Part shown: positions 37,678 through 46,731 of the stretch, in pieces
Layout of the letters: each line of letters starts with the position of its first letter
Position numbering within the stretch: the stretch's first letter is position 1
DNA from: Candidatus Latescibacterota bacterium
GTDB taxonomy: Bacteria; Latescibacterota; UBA2968; GCA-2709665
DNA: 64,000 bases
Reading direction: 5' to 3'
Assembly: GCA_965248435.1 (NCBI GenBank)
Contig: OZ252100.1
Location: 4,914,102 to 4,978,101, forward strand
Notes under the pieces: generated by a model
The model's database searches: none
Told to the model about the DNA's origin: nothing
What the model saw: only the letters and a program-made list of their open reading frames with translations
Position numbers and translations under genes: made by a program

Positions 37678-38541
37678 TCAATAGAGCCTCTTCACCTCTT
37701 GGAGTCGAGTCAGCACATGTCTCTCGTAGGCCGTTTTCAGTCGCAATGAATCCCACGGTTTCCCCCGTCTCTTGATAGAGTCCACGACTACCGAGCCAAA
37801 ACCGAATGCCATGTAGTAGGGGAGATCTGCGGCGTCTACGCCGAAGAACCTGAGATCTCTGAGCCGAGAAAATAGCCGAGACGCAGGCCAAATAGGATTG
37901 TGGAGCAGGACTCCCACTAGAATCTCCTTTGTGCCGAAAAAGGCTTGCTCAAAATCAATAAATCTGTGGATGGCCCCGTTTTTCAGGAACAGGTTCTCTG
38001 GATTCCAGTCCAGCTTGATCAGCAGGTCTTCTGAAATCTCAACCCTGGCCACCGAGTCGCAGATGTCCTGAAAAATCGGACCGCAATCTCCGACATCCTT
38101 TGCCAGACGAGATAGGTTGTCAATCAAGGTCCCGAGATTTTCCTCTGCCCCAATCCCTTCGTAGTATTCGCCTTTGAGTTCGAGAGTTGGCTCTGGCCCC
38201 CTGAACAGACTTATGAGTTCATCGACGTAGTTATCGGTCAACTCGAGTAGCTCATCAGAGGGAAGTGGGCTGATGTCGCTCATCCGATCTCCCTCTGCTC
38301 GTTCGATAACGATGTAGTCATTGACACTCAGATCAATGAGTTTGGGGATTAGCTTTGACTCTTTGTAATGAGACAAGAATCCTACTTCACGCCTGAATTT
38401 GCCTGCTCTTTCCCCGTTTCCGCTGTAAGTCTTCTTCACAGACTTTCCATCGGAGAGGAACTCGATTTGGCTCTTCCTGCCTTGAGGCGATTTATGCACG
38501 GCAGATTCTCGCTTCTTTAGAGTCTTTCCCAATGGGCGCAA
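37678..38541 (-). CDS. protein-kinase-like phosphotransferase (APH/Kdo-kinase-like), cassette
   Basis: 'IKLDWNPENLFLKNGAIHRFIDFEQAFF' contains a D..N catalytic loop and a DFE Mg-binding motif of the PKL fold. Confidence 0.5.
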   Translation of the reverse strand: MRPLGKTLKKRESAVHKSPQGRKSQIEFLSDGKSVKKTYSGNGERAGKFRREVGFLSHYKESKLIPKLIDLSVNDYIVIERAEGDRMSDISPLPSDELLELTDNYVDELISLFRGPEPTLELKGEYYEGIGAEENLGTLIDNLSRLAKDVGDCGPIFQDICDSVARVEISEDLLIKLDWNPENLFLKNGAIHRFIDFEQAFFGTKEILVGVLLHNPIWPASRLFSRLRDLRFFGVDAADLPYYMAFGFGSVVVDSIKRRGKPWDSLRLKTAYERHVLTRLQEVKRLY

Positions 38542-38695
38542 TTGCAGTTAACGTTCTTCAGGTTTACGACGCCTGCTGTCCCGAAGGGCTGGCGCGGCAT
38601 TTGCGCTTCTCACCAAATGACGTGACAGAAGCAGGTGTGCCCCAAGGGCCAAGCGGAACGAAGTGGAGCGCAGCGTAAACCTGGTGTTAACAGAT
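38536..38695. other. attC-like recombination site E5 (long variant, ~160 bp)
   Basis: GGGCGCAATTGCAGTTAACgttcttcaGGTTTACG...CGTAAACCtggtGTTAACagatg. Inner inverted repeat GTTTACG/CGTAAAC. Confidence 0.5.
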
Positions 38696-38936
38696 GGCAC
38701 GCGCCGGGGTGGTTGTGGGGGCGGGCCAGGACGGCCCGCGTAGGGGTGCTTTTTCTGATTTTGACTCCAAGTTTTTAAATAAAGCGTGCTGTCATCAACA
38801 TCGTTCTCTTTATGTTTTATCTTCCAATTTAACGTGCCGATAAGCGGCGGCGATTAGCCGTCCGCTCCACTGGCTAGTTCGCCTCGACCTTCGTCCACCT
38901 GAAGAGCTGTCGACAGCTGACCCGTGTGCTCCGCCT

Positions 38937-39995
38937 TCACCACTGCACGCGGAGGCGCGTCCAACGGATGCCGCAGACGTCGTCCTCTACGCACCAATGA
39001 ACGGCAAGCACGATGTTGTCCTCAAGCAAAAGGCCCATCGGATAGCCGAACTGAATGAGCCCGATCTGCTCCTGACTGCTGACGTCCTCGGTAAGCTCAA
39101 GCCTTGACCGACCGTCGAACAGGGTGCCTTCGAACTCAAGCGACCAGCACGCGCCCGACACTCGGACCAGGCACATCTGTACGCTCTGGTCACCGAAGCG
39201 TCTGTTGTACAGCACGAGATACCGATCGTCCCCGAGCCAGATCGGGGTCATTGTCTGACCCTGGATACCGGTAGGGTACGGTCCTTCCCAACTGCGGCCG
39301 CCGTCGGTCGATACGCTAAACGCGTTCCTCAGGTCAGTGTCTCCCGCGAAGTCCTGGACCCACGCAATGGCCAGCATTTGTCCCGGTTCCGTCTCGATCA
39401 GCTTCTGCTCCAGATACCCGATGCCGGTGCCGGGGTCCTGGAAGACAGTATACATGCTCGGCCAGGTCGCCCCCTGGTCGGACGATTCGTGCAGCACCAC
39501 GCGCTCCCCGTAACGCCCGTCGTATAATGTCGCGGCCGGAGCGAGCCAGCGTCCGTCAGCGGTGACGACAATCGGGTTCGAGATCTCATAGGGCCCCGCA
39601 ATCTGAAAGGGAATAACTTCGGGAAAGGACCACGTATGGCCGCCGTCCGTCGAGCGGCACAGCACGGGTTCACAGACGCGACCCCGTCCGCCGTCCGCGA
39701 TGCTCAGCTTCTGGTCGCGCTGGCCGTACGCGAGGATCGTTCCGTCCGCGGTGCGGCTGAGGCGCAGATGGTTGGTCTTCACCGGGCTCTCGTCCCGCTT
39801 GAGGACGACGCCCAGGTACGACCAGATGAAGCCCCCATCGGCAGAACGGGCGCAGTGCGTGTCGCCTTGCGCGTGAGCTCCGCCGCCGCGACTGAACCCG
39901 CAGACGATGTCGCCGCTATCTAACCGTACTAAGGTGGGAAACGCTGAGTCGCCGCGGTCGATGTGGCCGGTACCGAGAATCTCGATAGTGGACAT
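38937..39995 (-). CDS. BNR/Asp-box repeat sialidase-like beta-propeller protein, first cassette
   Basis: Three S-x-D-x-G-x-T-W Asp-boxes (STDGGHTW, SSDQGATW, STDGGRSW). Confidence 0.65.
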   Translation of the reverse strand: MSTIEILGTGHIDRGDSAFPTLVRLDSGDIVCGFSRGGGAHAQGDTHCARSADGGFIWSYLGVVLKRDESPVKTNHLRLSRTADGTILAYGQRDQKLSIADGGRGRVCEPVLCRSTDGGHTWSFPEVIPFQIAGPYEISNPIVVTADGRWLAPAATLYDGRYGERVVLHESSDQGATWPSMYTVFQDPGTGIGYLEQKLIETEPGQMLAIAWVQDFAGDTDLRNAFSVSTDGGRSWEGPYPTGIQGQTMTPIWLGDDRYLVLYNRRFGDQSVQMCLVRVSGACWSLEFEGTLFDGRSRLELTEDVSSQEQIGLIQFGYPMGLLLEDNIVLAVHWCVEDDVCGIRWTRLRVQW

Positions 39996-40099
39996 GGAAT
40001 CCTCCAGGCATCTGCGAACTATTTCCTATACGGAAAAATCGCCGAAGAAAGCTATCAATGGTTTTCTTGGCGGCCAGGACGGCCGCCGGTTGTGGTTTT

Positions 40100-40250
40100 G
40101 AATTTGATGCGTGCTTTCTGTTAACTTCTGCATTCGCGCCCCATCGGCGCAAATACCACCCGATAGGGCAAATAATGCGCACTGCGCAGATCCTGCCAAT
40201 AATATAGATAATGCGCCTTATTTCGTGAATGCTATTTATAGGAGACACCA
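40100..40250. other. candidate attI-like region, with a GTTAAC core at 40120-40125
   Basis: GTTAACTTCTGCATTCGCGCC resembles the 3' ends of E3 and E4 (GTTAACTGC(A/T)GTTGCGC). Lies between the intI remnant stop and the first cassette. Confidence 0.35.
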
Positions 40251-40251
40251 A

Positions 40252-40536
40252 TTAACCGGAACCTGTCTCCCTCTCCATCGGGTCGTCCAGGGGATTCCTA
40301 ATCTGGGCGAGGTCCCTCCGGGTCATGTGAGTATGGATTCCCGTCGTTTTTGAACTTTTGTGGCTCAGGAGCTCCTGGATGTATCGGAGGTCCGTGCCCC
40401 TTTCAAGAAGATGGGTCGCAAATGAGTGTCTGAGGGTGTGTACGGACACCGGCTTCTCAATACCGGCCCGTTTGTAAGCTTGGTCGAAGATTTTCTGCAC
40501 GGATTGGATCCATAAAAAAATACCGAATGCCTAAGC
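40252..40536 (-). pseudogene. intI: integron-integrase-like (IntI) tyrosine recombinase, 5'-truncated remnant
   Basis: The frame opens right after a stop at ~40536. It encodes '...[51 protein letters not shown]...QIRNPLDDP'. Box II, the catalytic tyrosine region and the C-terminal 'R(S/N)PLD' motif resemble the IntI 'GVRSPLD' ending I recall rather than XerC/D endings. Confidence 0.5.
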
Positions 40537-40854
40537 TCCCAGAGCCCGTGACATTCGGCTTATTTGTTGCCGGTCGAACGCCACAGGCTGCACTCATAGG
40601 CACCTACAAATTCCACGACCGCTACGGACTCCGATTCGGGTTCCGAAGTCACTACACGATGCGACCGGGGCCTTGCTCCTGAACCCGGATGGACGCATGT
40701 GGACAACTCAGAACTTGCAGACGGCGGCAGATTTTGTAACTTTGGAGCGAAGCCGCGCACGGAGGAAGAAGAGATGACGAAGGGGAAGAGGGCGCGGATC
40801 GCGGTCAAAAATAGATAGAAAACGGAATAATCCCTTACTTAGAGGAGAACTGAC

Positions 40855-41700
40855 GTGGTCACTCGCTCAGACCCTCGACTCAGCCGCTTCGATCCGCTGC
40901 CTCAGATCCACTACTTCGATGATTTCGACGTGGGTCTGCAGGGATGGACAGCGCTGATCGGGAACTACGAGGAGACGCTGGATTCCGTGCTGCCCGGATA
41001 CCGGGACTTCGGACCTCCCATGCTCAGCAATGCCACGATGTGGGACACCGGATCGGCCGGTGCCTTCGACGGCACATATGCCATGAAGCTGGTTACGAGG
41101 CCGAAGTCGGGGTGCATGACGACCGCGGTAAAACGTGTGACCTGGCGCCATCAAGGCCCGATTCAGCTGGAGGCCTATGTGACGTTCAAACCGGAGGCGT
41201 CGGAATTGCGGCTTTCCGAGCTGGACGTGAGGTCGTTCGGCGTTTTGTTCGACCTGCACGACGCCACGCGGCGGGTGATGCCGCACCTGCGTTATCTGAA
41301 TGCGCTGGACGGACAGCCGGTCGCTCGCTGGCAGTATAAGAAGGAGCTGGAGACCGCCGAGGAGATCGGGACGTCGGGGAAGACCCGATCCCATCATCAC
41401 CTGGCGCCGGAGGGCTGGCTGGACGTGCCGGGCGAGCCCCAGCCCCTCTGTTACAACGAGATCGCGACGAAGCAGAACTGGCACTATATAAAGGTAGGGT
41501 TCGATCTGGCGTCGATGACCTACCTGAGTTTCCAGTGCAATGACCGGGAGTATGATGTCTCCGAGATCGCCCCGATGTCTATGCCTGCGTGGTCGAATCT
41601 CTGGTGTATGCTGAATGTAGTCTTCTTTTTGGAGACGGATCTGGACAAGAGGGCGTTTCTGTATGTGGATTCGGTGTTGGTTTCGGGGGAGACGGACTGA
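40855..41700 (+). CDS. hypothetical protein
   Basis: GTG after an AGGAGA ribosome-binding site. 281 aa. Translationally coupled (TGATG) to the following ORF. Confidence 0.4.
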   Translation: MVTRSDPRLSRFDPLPQIHYFDDFDVGLQGWTALIGNYEETLDSVLPGYRDFGPPMLSNATMWDTGSAGAFDGTYAMKLVTRPKSGCMTTAVKRVTWRHQGPIQLEAYVTFKPEASELRLSELDVRSFGVLFDLHDATRRVMPHLRYLNALDGQPVARWQYKKELETAEEIGTSGKTRSHHHLAPEGWLDVPGEPQPLCYNEIATKQNWHYIKVGFDLASMTYLSFQCNDREYDVSEIAPMSMPAWSNLWCMLNVVFFLETDLDKRAFLYVDSVLVSGETD

Positions 41701-42029
41701 TGCTTAACCGCAGTCATACTGCCGTCGTGGAGCTGAACCGGGTCTGGAAGGGGGCGTTCGAGACCGAGCCGTACGAGGCGGCATGGGCACGGGAGGCGAT
41801 CTTCTTCGTCCGAGTCCTGGAGACGACCGGACCGGAGCAGCGGGCTCGTGTTCAGATTTCACCGGATGGGATGCGCTGGTGTGACGAGGGGACAGAGGTT
41901 TCGGTTCCGGGAGAGGCGGGTGTGAGTTTCGCGAAGGTCGGGCATTTCGGGACTTACCTCAGGCTTGCGGGAGAATTGCCCGAGGGTGTGGAGGTCAAGG
42001 TGATTGTCTACCTGGTGTTGAAGGAATAG
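41700..42029 (+). CDS. hypothetical protein (109 aa)
   Basis: ATG overlaps the upstream stop. Coding-like composition. Confidence 0.35.
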   Translation: MLNRSHTAVVELNRVWKGAFETEPYEAAWAREAIFFVRVLETTGPEQRARVQISPDGMRWCDEGTEVSVPGEAGVSFAKVGHFGTYLRLAGELPEGVEVKVIVYLVLKE

Positions 42030-42067
42030 AGATGAAATTATTTTCCGGTAGAGACGCCCCGACGGGT

Positions 42068-42760
42068 ATCGTATCCGGTAGGAGCCAACTCCGGTTGGCG
42101 ACAAAATGATTCACGGTGTTGGCATACAACATTGGCCAAGTGATCACCCAAATCCTCTCCTGTGTCGGGGTGGGTCCAGTCACGATGTCAGAACAACATG
42201 CCTCCGGCGTCCCGCCCGTCGGCTCGCTGTCTTCGATCACGAACTCGCCGTGGATAATCACGAAGTCGATGCCGACGGGCTTCTGAACGGTTCTACCGGT
42301 ACCCTACTTTTCTTGTCTCGCCACAAGAAAAGGGCTACCGCAACCGCCACCCTTGGGCACAGCGCGGCTGTGCCCCTACACTCCAAGATTTCGCCGTAGG
42401 GGCGCGGCGTGCCGCGCCCGAAGGCAAAAGAAGGGCGCCGCTCAGACGCCGCGGGGGCTCGGGCCGCGGCACCTCACCCTCAGTGGAAAGGACGGTGGCG
42501 GCAATCAGGGCGGGACTCCTGCCCCGTCTGACGCCCACTATGGGACCGGCCCAGAGGGCCTAACCGCGTGGGAGGTGAAAGAACGACGTTGCATGGGAGT
42601 CGCACACCGCGGCCCCGATGGTTTTGAGTGATGCATTTCGAGAGTCCCAGGGCCGCCGGCAAGTCAGCGAGTTCTACCAATAGAGCATATTACCTTCCCC
42701 AACATTCGGCGAAGAACCTTGGAAAAGGGGGATCGAGGGGGATTTCAAAGTACGTCAGGA
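42068..42760. repeat. R1 composite copy (A' + amidohydrolase 3' fragment + B + extra hairpin module + C2 + tail + R2)
   Basis: Contains 'cggctcgctgtcttcgatcacgaactcgccgtggataatcacgaagtcgatgccgacggg'. On the minus strand this reads '...KPVGIDFVIIHGEFVIEDSEPTGG', a D-aminoacylase-like C-terminus. C2 is ~98% identical to the copy at 13150-13330. Confidence 0.7.
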
Positions 42761-42761
42761 T

Positions 42762-43535
42762 ATGACTCTACTTATTATCACCGTATCGACGCTGATTCTT
42801 TGCGGATTCTCAAACCCGGGCGCGGAACCGTTCGTGGTCGTGGAGCTGTTCACGTCAGAAGGCTGCTCGAGCTGTCCGCCTGCAGATCAGCTGCTGGGTG
42901 AGATTGCGGAAAAGGCGAAGAAGGAGGGCAGCCGGATCTTTCCGATGGCCTTTCACGTGGATTACTGGAACCGCCTGGGTTGGCACGACCCATTCAGCGA
43001 CGCTGCCTATTCGCAGAGGCAGAGTCAGTACGCCCGCGCGCTGGGCAGTCCGAGGAGGATCTACACGCCCCAGATGATCGTCAACGGCGTGGAGGGGTTC
43101 GTCGGATCGAGAAGGGAACAGGCCTACAACAGCATCAAGAAGATGCTGAAAGATCACGAGACAGACATCGGTCTCGTTCTGGAGGCAGAAATCGATGAGG
43201 ATGGGAAGCGAATCGAGGTGAGCTACCGCGTGGAGGGCACACCGGAACGGGCGATTCTGAATATCGCCCTGCTGGAGGACGGAATCGCGAACGAGATACC
43301 CCGGGGAGAGAACGCGGGACGAAGACTGAGTCACGAGCGGGTCGTGCGGGCATTCAAGACCGTATCTCTGGAAAAATCGGTCAAGGGGACGCTCGAAGTT
43401 TCGATACCGGAATCTATCGATCTGGATCGCATCGGCATCGTGGGGTTCGTGCAGGATCGTGAATCGCTGGCCGTTCTCGGGGCCGGACACGTCCAATTTC
43501 AAGACAGGGGAGAAGAGGTTGGAGAGGACCTTTAG
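42762..43535 (+). CDS. DUF1223 domain secreted protein
   Basis: Signal peptide, then 'ELFTSEGCSSCPPAD', the family signature. Confidence 0.6.
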   Translation: MTLLIITVSTLILCGFSNPGAEPFVVVELFTSEGCSSCPPADQLLGEIAEKAKKEGSRIFPMAFHVDYWNRLGWHDPFSDAAYSQRQSQYARALGSPRRIYTPQMIVNGVEGFVGSRREQAYNSIKKMLKDHETDIGLVLEAEIDEDGKRIEVSYRVEGTPERAILNIALLEDGIANEIPRGENAGRRLSHERVVRAFKTVSLEKSVKGTLEVSIPESIDLDRIGIVGFVQDRESLAVLGAGHVQFQDRGEEVGEDL

Positions 43536-44625
43536 GCTCGGCCTTGTCGGATGCGGATCGATGGGCCGGAACCACCTCGACACGGTCGCGCGTCTGCCTC
43601 AGGTCGAGGTCTCGGCGATCTGCGACGTCGTTCCCAAGGCCCTGCAGCAGTCGGGCGAAGCCTACCACGTGGAGGCCCGCTACACCGAATTCGATCGCAT
43701 GTATGACGAAGTGAAACCGGATTTCGTCACCGTAGCCACGCAGACGCGGGGACACCACGCGCCGACGGTGGCCGCTTTGGAGCGAGGGATATCGGTCCTT
43801 TGTGAAAAGCCTATCGCGATCGATCTGGTCGAGGCCGACGAGATGGTCGACGCGGCCGCATCGACGAACGCAAAGTTGGCGGTGAATCACCAGAATCACC
43901 TCAACCCTGGCATCCTCAAGGCGAAGGCGCTCGTTGAAGAAGGGCGAATCGGTGACATCGTGATGCTCCGGGGTCGCAACAAGGCAGGCCGAAGGAGCGG
44001 CAACGAGTTCATGGAAATGGGTACCCATATCGCGGATATGATGCTTTGTTTCGCAGGCCTGCCTGAATGGGTCGCTGGAACGATCATCACCCAGGGGCGG
44101 CTCGCGGATGGCACCGACATCATGGAAGCGAAAGAGATGTCTCAACGCGACCGTGACTCGGGTCTCGTGATGGGCGATCGGGCGATCGGCCAGTATGGAT
44201 TCGCTGGCGGGATCCTGGGGGAGATCCACTTCCCGGGATACGAGCAGCGAATAGAGCACAACTACGGCGTGGATATCCTCGGAACAGAGGGCCAGCTTTC
44301 GGTGCGGGCGAGGGGTGGGCTTCCTCAGAAGCTGTGGCACCTTCCAAGACCGATGGAAGGCCTGCCTTCGGAGCTGGGAGACTGGCAGGCCGTGGACCTC
44401 CCGGAAGGTGATTCGGGTGACGGGAAGGTAGAGCTATATCGCCGGCTGCTCGACGCGATCGGGAAGGGAGAGGATCCGCCCAGCAGCGGGGAGGAAGGTC
44501 GCCGGGCATTCGAGATGATCCTGGGCATCTATCACTCGCACAGAGCGGGCGGACGCCGGGTATCGATGCCGTTAGATGAACGCAGACACCCACTCGAGGT
44601 CTGGCGGAGCGAACTAGGTTCGTAG
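43459..44625 (+). CDS. Gfo/Idh/MocA family oxidoreductase
   Basis: Listed GTG start overlaps the DUF1223 3' end. The true start may be the in-frame TTG at 43519 (LERTFRLGLVGCGSMGRNH). 'EKP' motif present. Confidence 0.65.
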   Translation: MNRWPFSGPDTSNFKTGEKRLERTFRLGLVGCGSMGRNHLDTVARLPQVEVSAICDVVPKALQQSGEAYHVEARYTEFDRMYDEVKPDFVTVATQTRGHHAPTVAALERGISVLCEKPIAIDLVEADEMVDAAASTNAKLAVNHQNHLNPGILKAKALVEEGRIGDIVMLRGRNKAGRRSGNEFMEMGTHIADMMLCFAGLPEWVAGTIITQGRLADGTDIMEAKEMSQRDRDSGLVMGDRAIGQYGFAGGILGEIHFPGYEQRIEHNYGVDILGTEGQLSVRARGGLPQKLWHLPRPMEGLPSELGDWQAVDLPEGDSGDGKVELYRRLLDAIGKGEDPPSSGEEGRRAFEMILGIYHSHRAGGRRVSMPLDERRHPLEVWRSELGS

Positions 44626-44635
44626 ATTTTTTACC

Positions 44636-45691
44636 TTGAACATGGCATCTGACACCGTGACAGAGGACAAAGCGAAGGTCCTGGAAGCGGCCATCTCTCG
44701 CCTTCCTCGGATTTCCCTCGCGAGCAGGCCGACACCGCTTGAGGCCATGCCGAGATTGAGCCAGGAGCTGGGAGGCCCTCCCCTCTACATCAAGCGGGAC
44801 GATCTGACCGGGCTGGCCATGGGCGGGAACAAGACCCGCATGCTGGAATTCAACATGGCGGAGGCACTGGAAAAGGGTGCCGAGGTGGTGGTCTTCAGCG
44901 CCGCGGTCCAGTCCAACTACGCCAGGCAGATGGCCGCGGCCTGCGCGAAACTTGGGCTCGAGCTCAGGCTTCTTCTGCGCCCGGAAAAGGAGGGCGATCG
45001 AGAGGGGGCCCAGGGGAACCACCTGCTCCATCGCCTCTTCGGGGCCAAAGTCACGATCCTGGAAGACAATGACATCACCAAGAAGCCTGCGCTCATCGCT
45101 GCGGAGGTGGCGCGCGTGGAGGCGGAAGGACGGAGGCCCTACGTGCTGCGGGGGGACGACGCGATCGATCTGGACGCCATCGCCTATGCGGAGGTCGCGC
45201 TCGAGATCGTGAAGCAGGCCCGGGATCTGGGGATCGGCACGCTCTACATGACGGGTTTGAGCACGACGCAGGCCGGCCTTGTGCTCGGGCTGCGCTTCCT
45301 CGAGAGCCCGATCCGCGTGCAGGGGATCTGCCCGTTTTCGAACATGCCCCAGAGGTTCGCTGAAATGGCACAGATCGCGAACCAGGCGGCCCGGCGGTTA
45401 GATCTTGACATCGAGATGCGTGAGTCGGATTATGAGAACGATGACAGCTTTGTCGGGGAACGGTATGGGATCCCCACTGCCGTCGGGATAAAGGCCATCA
45501 GGACGGTCGCACGATGCGAGGGTATCTTCCTGGATCCCGTCTATACCGGCAAAGGGATGTCGGGGCTGTTTGCGCATATCCGGGAGGGCAGGCTATCGAA
45601 CGACTCGCCGGTCCTTTTCCTGCACACGGGGGGCGCGCCTGCGTTGTTTGCCTACGCCGAAGATCTGGTTCGCGATCAAATTGGTGTGTGA
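44636..45691 (+). CDS. PLP-dependent D-cysteine desulfhydrase / ACC deaminase family enzyme (fold type II)
   Basis: 'IKRDDLTGLAMGGNKTRML' contains the PLP-lysine motif of the ACCD/DcyD family. Confidence 0.7.
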   Translation: MNMASDTVTEDKAKVLEAAISRLPRISLASRPTPLEAMPRLSQELGGPPLYIKRDDLTGLAMGGNKTRMLEFNMAEALEKGAEVVVFSAAVQSNYARQMAAACAKLGLELRLLLRPEKEGDREGAQGNHLLHRLFGAKVTILEDNDITKKPALIAAEVARVEAEGRRPYVLRGDDAIDLDAIAYAEVALEIVKQARDLGIGTLYMTGLSTTQAGLVLGLRFLESPIRVQGICPFSNMPQRFAEMAQIANQAARRLDLDIEMRESDYENDDSFVGERYGIPTAVGIKAIRTVARCEGIFLDPVYTGKGMSGLFAHIREGRLSNDSPVLFLHTGGAPALFAYAEDLVRDQIGV

Positions 45692-45833
45692 GTTTTAGCG
45701 AAAGCGGATTATCTTATTGCAGTACTCCATTCCTTCCGATAGGTCAATGTAGTTTGTCATCCGACCAGCTCGGCGATTCTGGAGTAATGCAGTACTGGAG
45801 TATTGGCAAAAACAAAATCAGGGAGGTTTGACC

Positions 45834-46697
45834 GTGGCACGAAAAGCTCGCAGGAAACCGATGCTCAGGCTGATCGCAGCAGAGTGGACCATGAGGGGGT
45901 ATCCCGCATCCAATCGAGAGTGGTCCATGGATAGGAAGGTCAAAGCCGCGAAGGAGGCCGGGTTCAAGGGCCTCAGTGCGCCCGCGGACGACGAAGTGAT
46001 CGCGGCACTGCATAAGCACAAGATGGTCCACGTCGGAAACGTGGATGTCTCGACGGAGGGACAGGTCGCCCGCAGACTGAGGAAATTTCAGAAGGCGGGT
46101 GCCGTGCACATCAACGTCCAGCTGTGTGACCACGATACCCCGGTCAAGACGTCCCTGCCCGTCGCCAGGAAGGTGATGGTCGTGGGGGATGAGCTGGGCA
46201 TCAAGCCGGCCATCGAAGTTCACCGGGACACGTGCACGGAGACGCCCGAGAAGACCTTCGCCCTTGCAAAGGCCTACGAGAGGCGCTACAAGAAGAAGCT
46301 GAGGATGAATTTCGATCATTCCCACCCCGCGATTATCAAACAGCTTCGTCCGCCTACCTACTGGAAGCGGCTTTCCGAACGCCTGGATCTCTTCCTGATG
46401 GCCGAGCTGATCCATCTGAGGCCGTTTACCGGGAGCCACTGCCAGACGCCGGTGACAAACGGTAAGGGCAAGCTGGACACCGATTTTAAAACCTGGCTGG
46501 ACAATTTCTGTGAGCCGGCCCTGAAGGCGTGGTTGAAGGGCGCCGGGCCGGGCAAGGAACTGTTCGCCGTCGTCGAGCTTGGGCCGAAGGGGTCTGGCTA
46601 TGGGCTGGCCGTGTTCCCCGACATCTGGAAGGACGCGATTCGGGGGAGAAGAGAGATCGCGCGGGTGTTCAGGAGACTCGTCCAGGACTGGAAATAG
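45834..46697 (+). CDS. hypothetical TIM-barrel-like protein
   Basis: GTG start 7 nt after GGGAGG. No confident family assignment. Confidence 0.4.
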   Translation: MARKARRKPMLRLIAAEWTMRGYPASNREWSMDRKVKAAKEAGFKGLSAPADDEVIAALHKHKMVHVGNVDVSTEGQVARRLRKFQKAGAVHINVQLCDHDTPVKTSLPVARKVMVVGDELGIKPAIEVHRDTCTETPEKTFALAKAYERRYKKKLRMNFDHSHPAIIKQLRPPTYWKRLSERLDLFLMAELIHLRPFTGSHCQTPVTNGKGKLDTDFKTWLDNFCEPALKAWLKGAGPGKELFAVVELGPKGSGYGLAVFPDIWKDAIRGRREIARVFRRLVQDWK

Positions 46698-46731
46698 GAG
46701 TCGTTATCAGCGCCTGAAGCGGAGGACCGGC

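Noticed and set aside
42300-42640. R1 C2/C3 modules as a known RNA (group II intron domain V/VI, RNase P, tmRNA, SRP RNA)
   Set aside because: The conserved segments (GGTTGCATGGGAGTCGCACACCGCGGCCC etc.) do not match the consensus motifs I can recall for these RNAs (no GAAA-capped domain V with an AGC triad, no RNase P P4 sequences, no tmRNA tag-reading frame). Left as an unclassified structured repeat.
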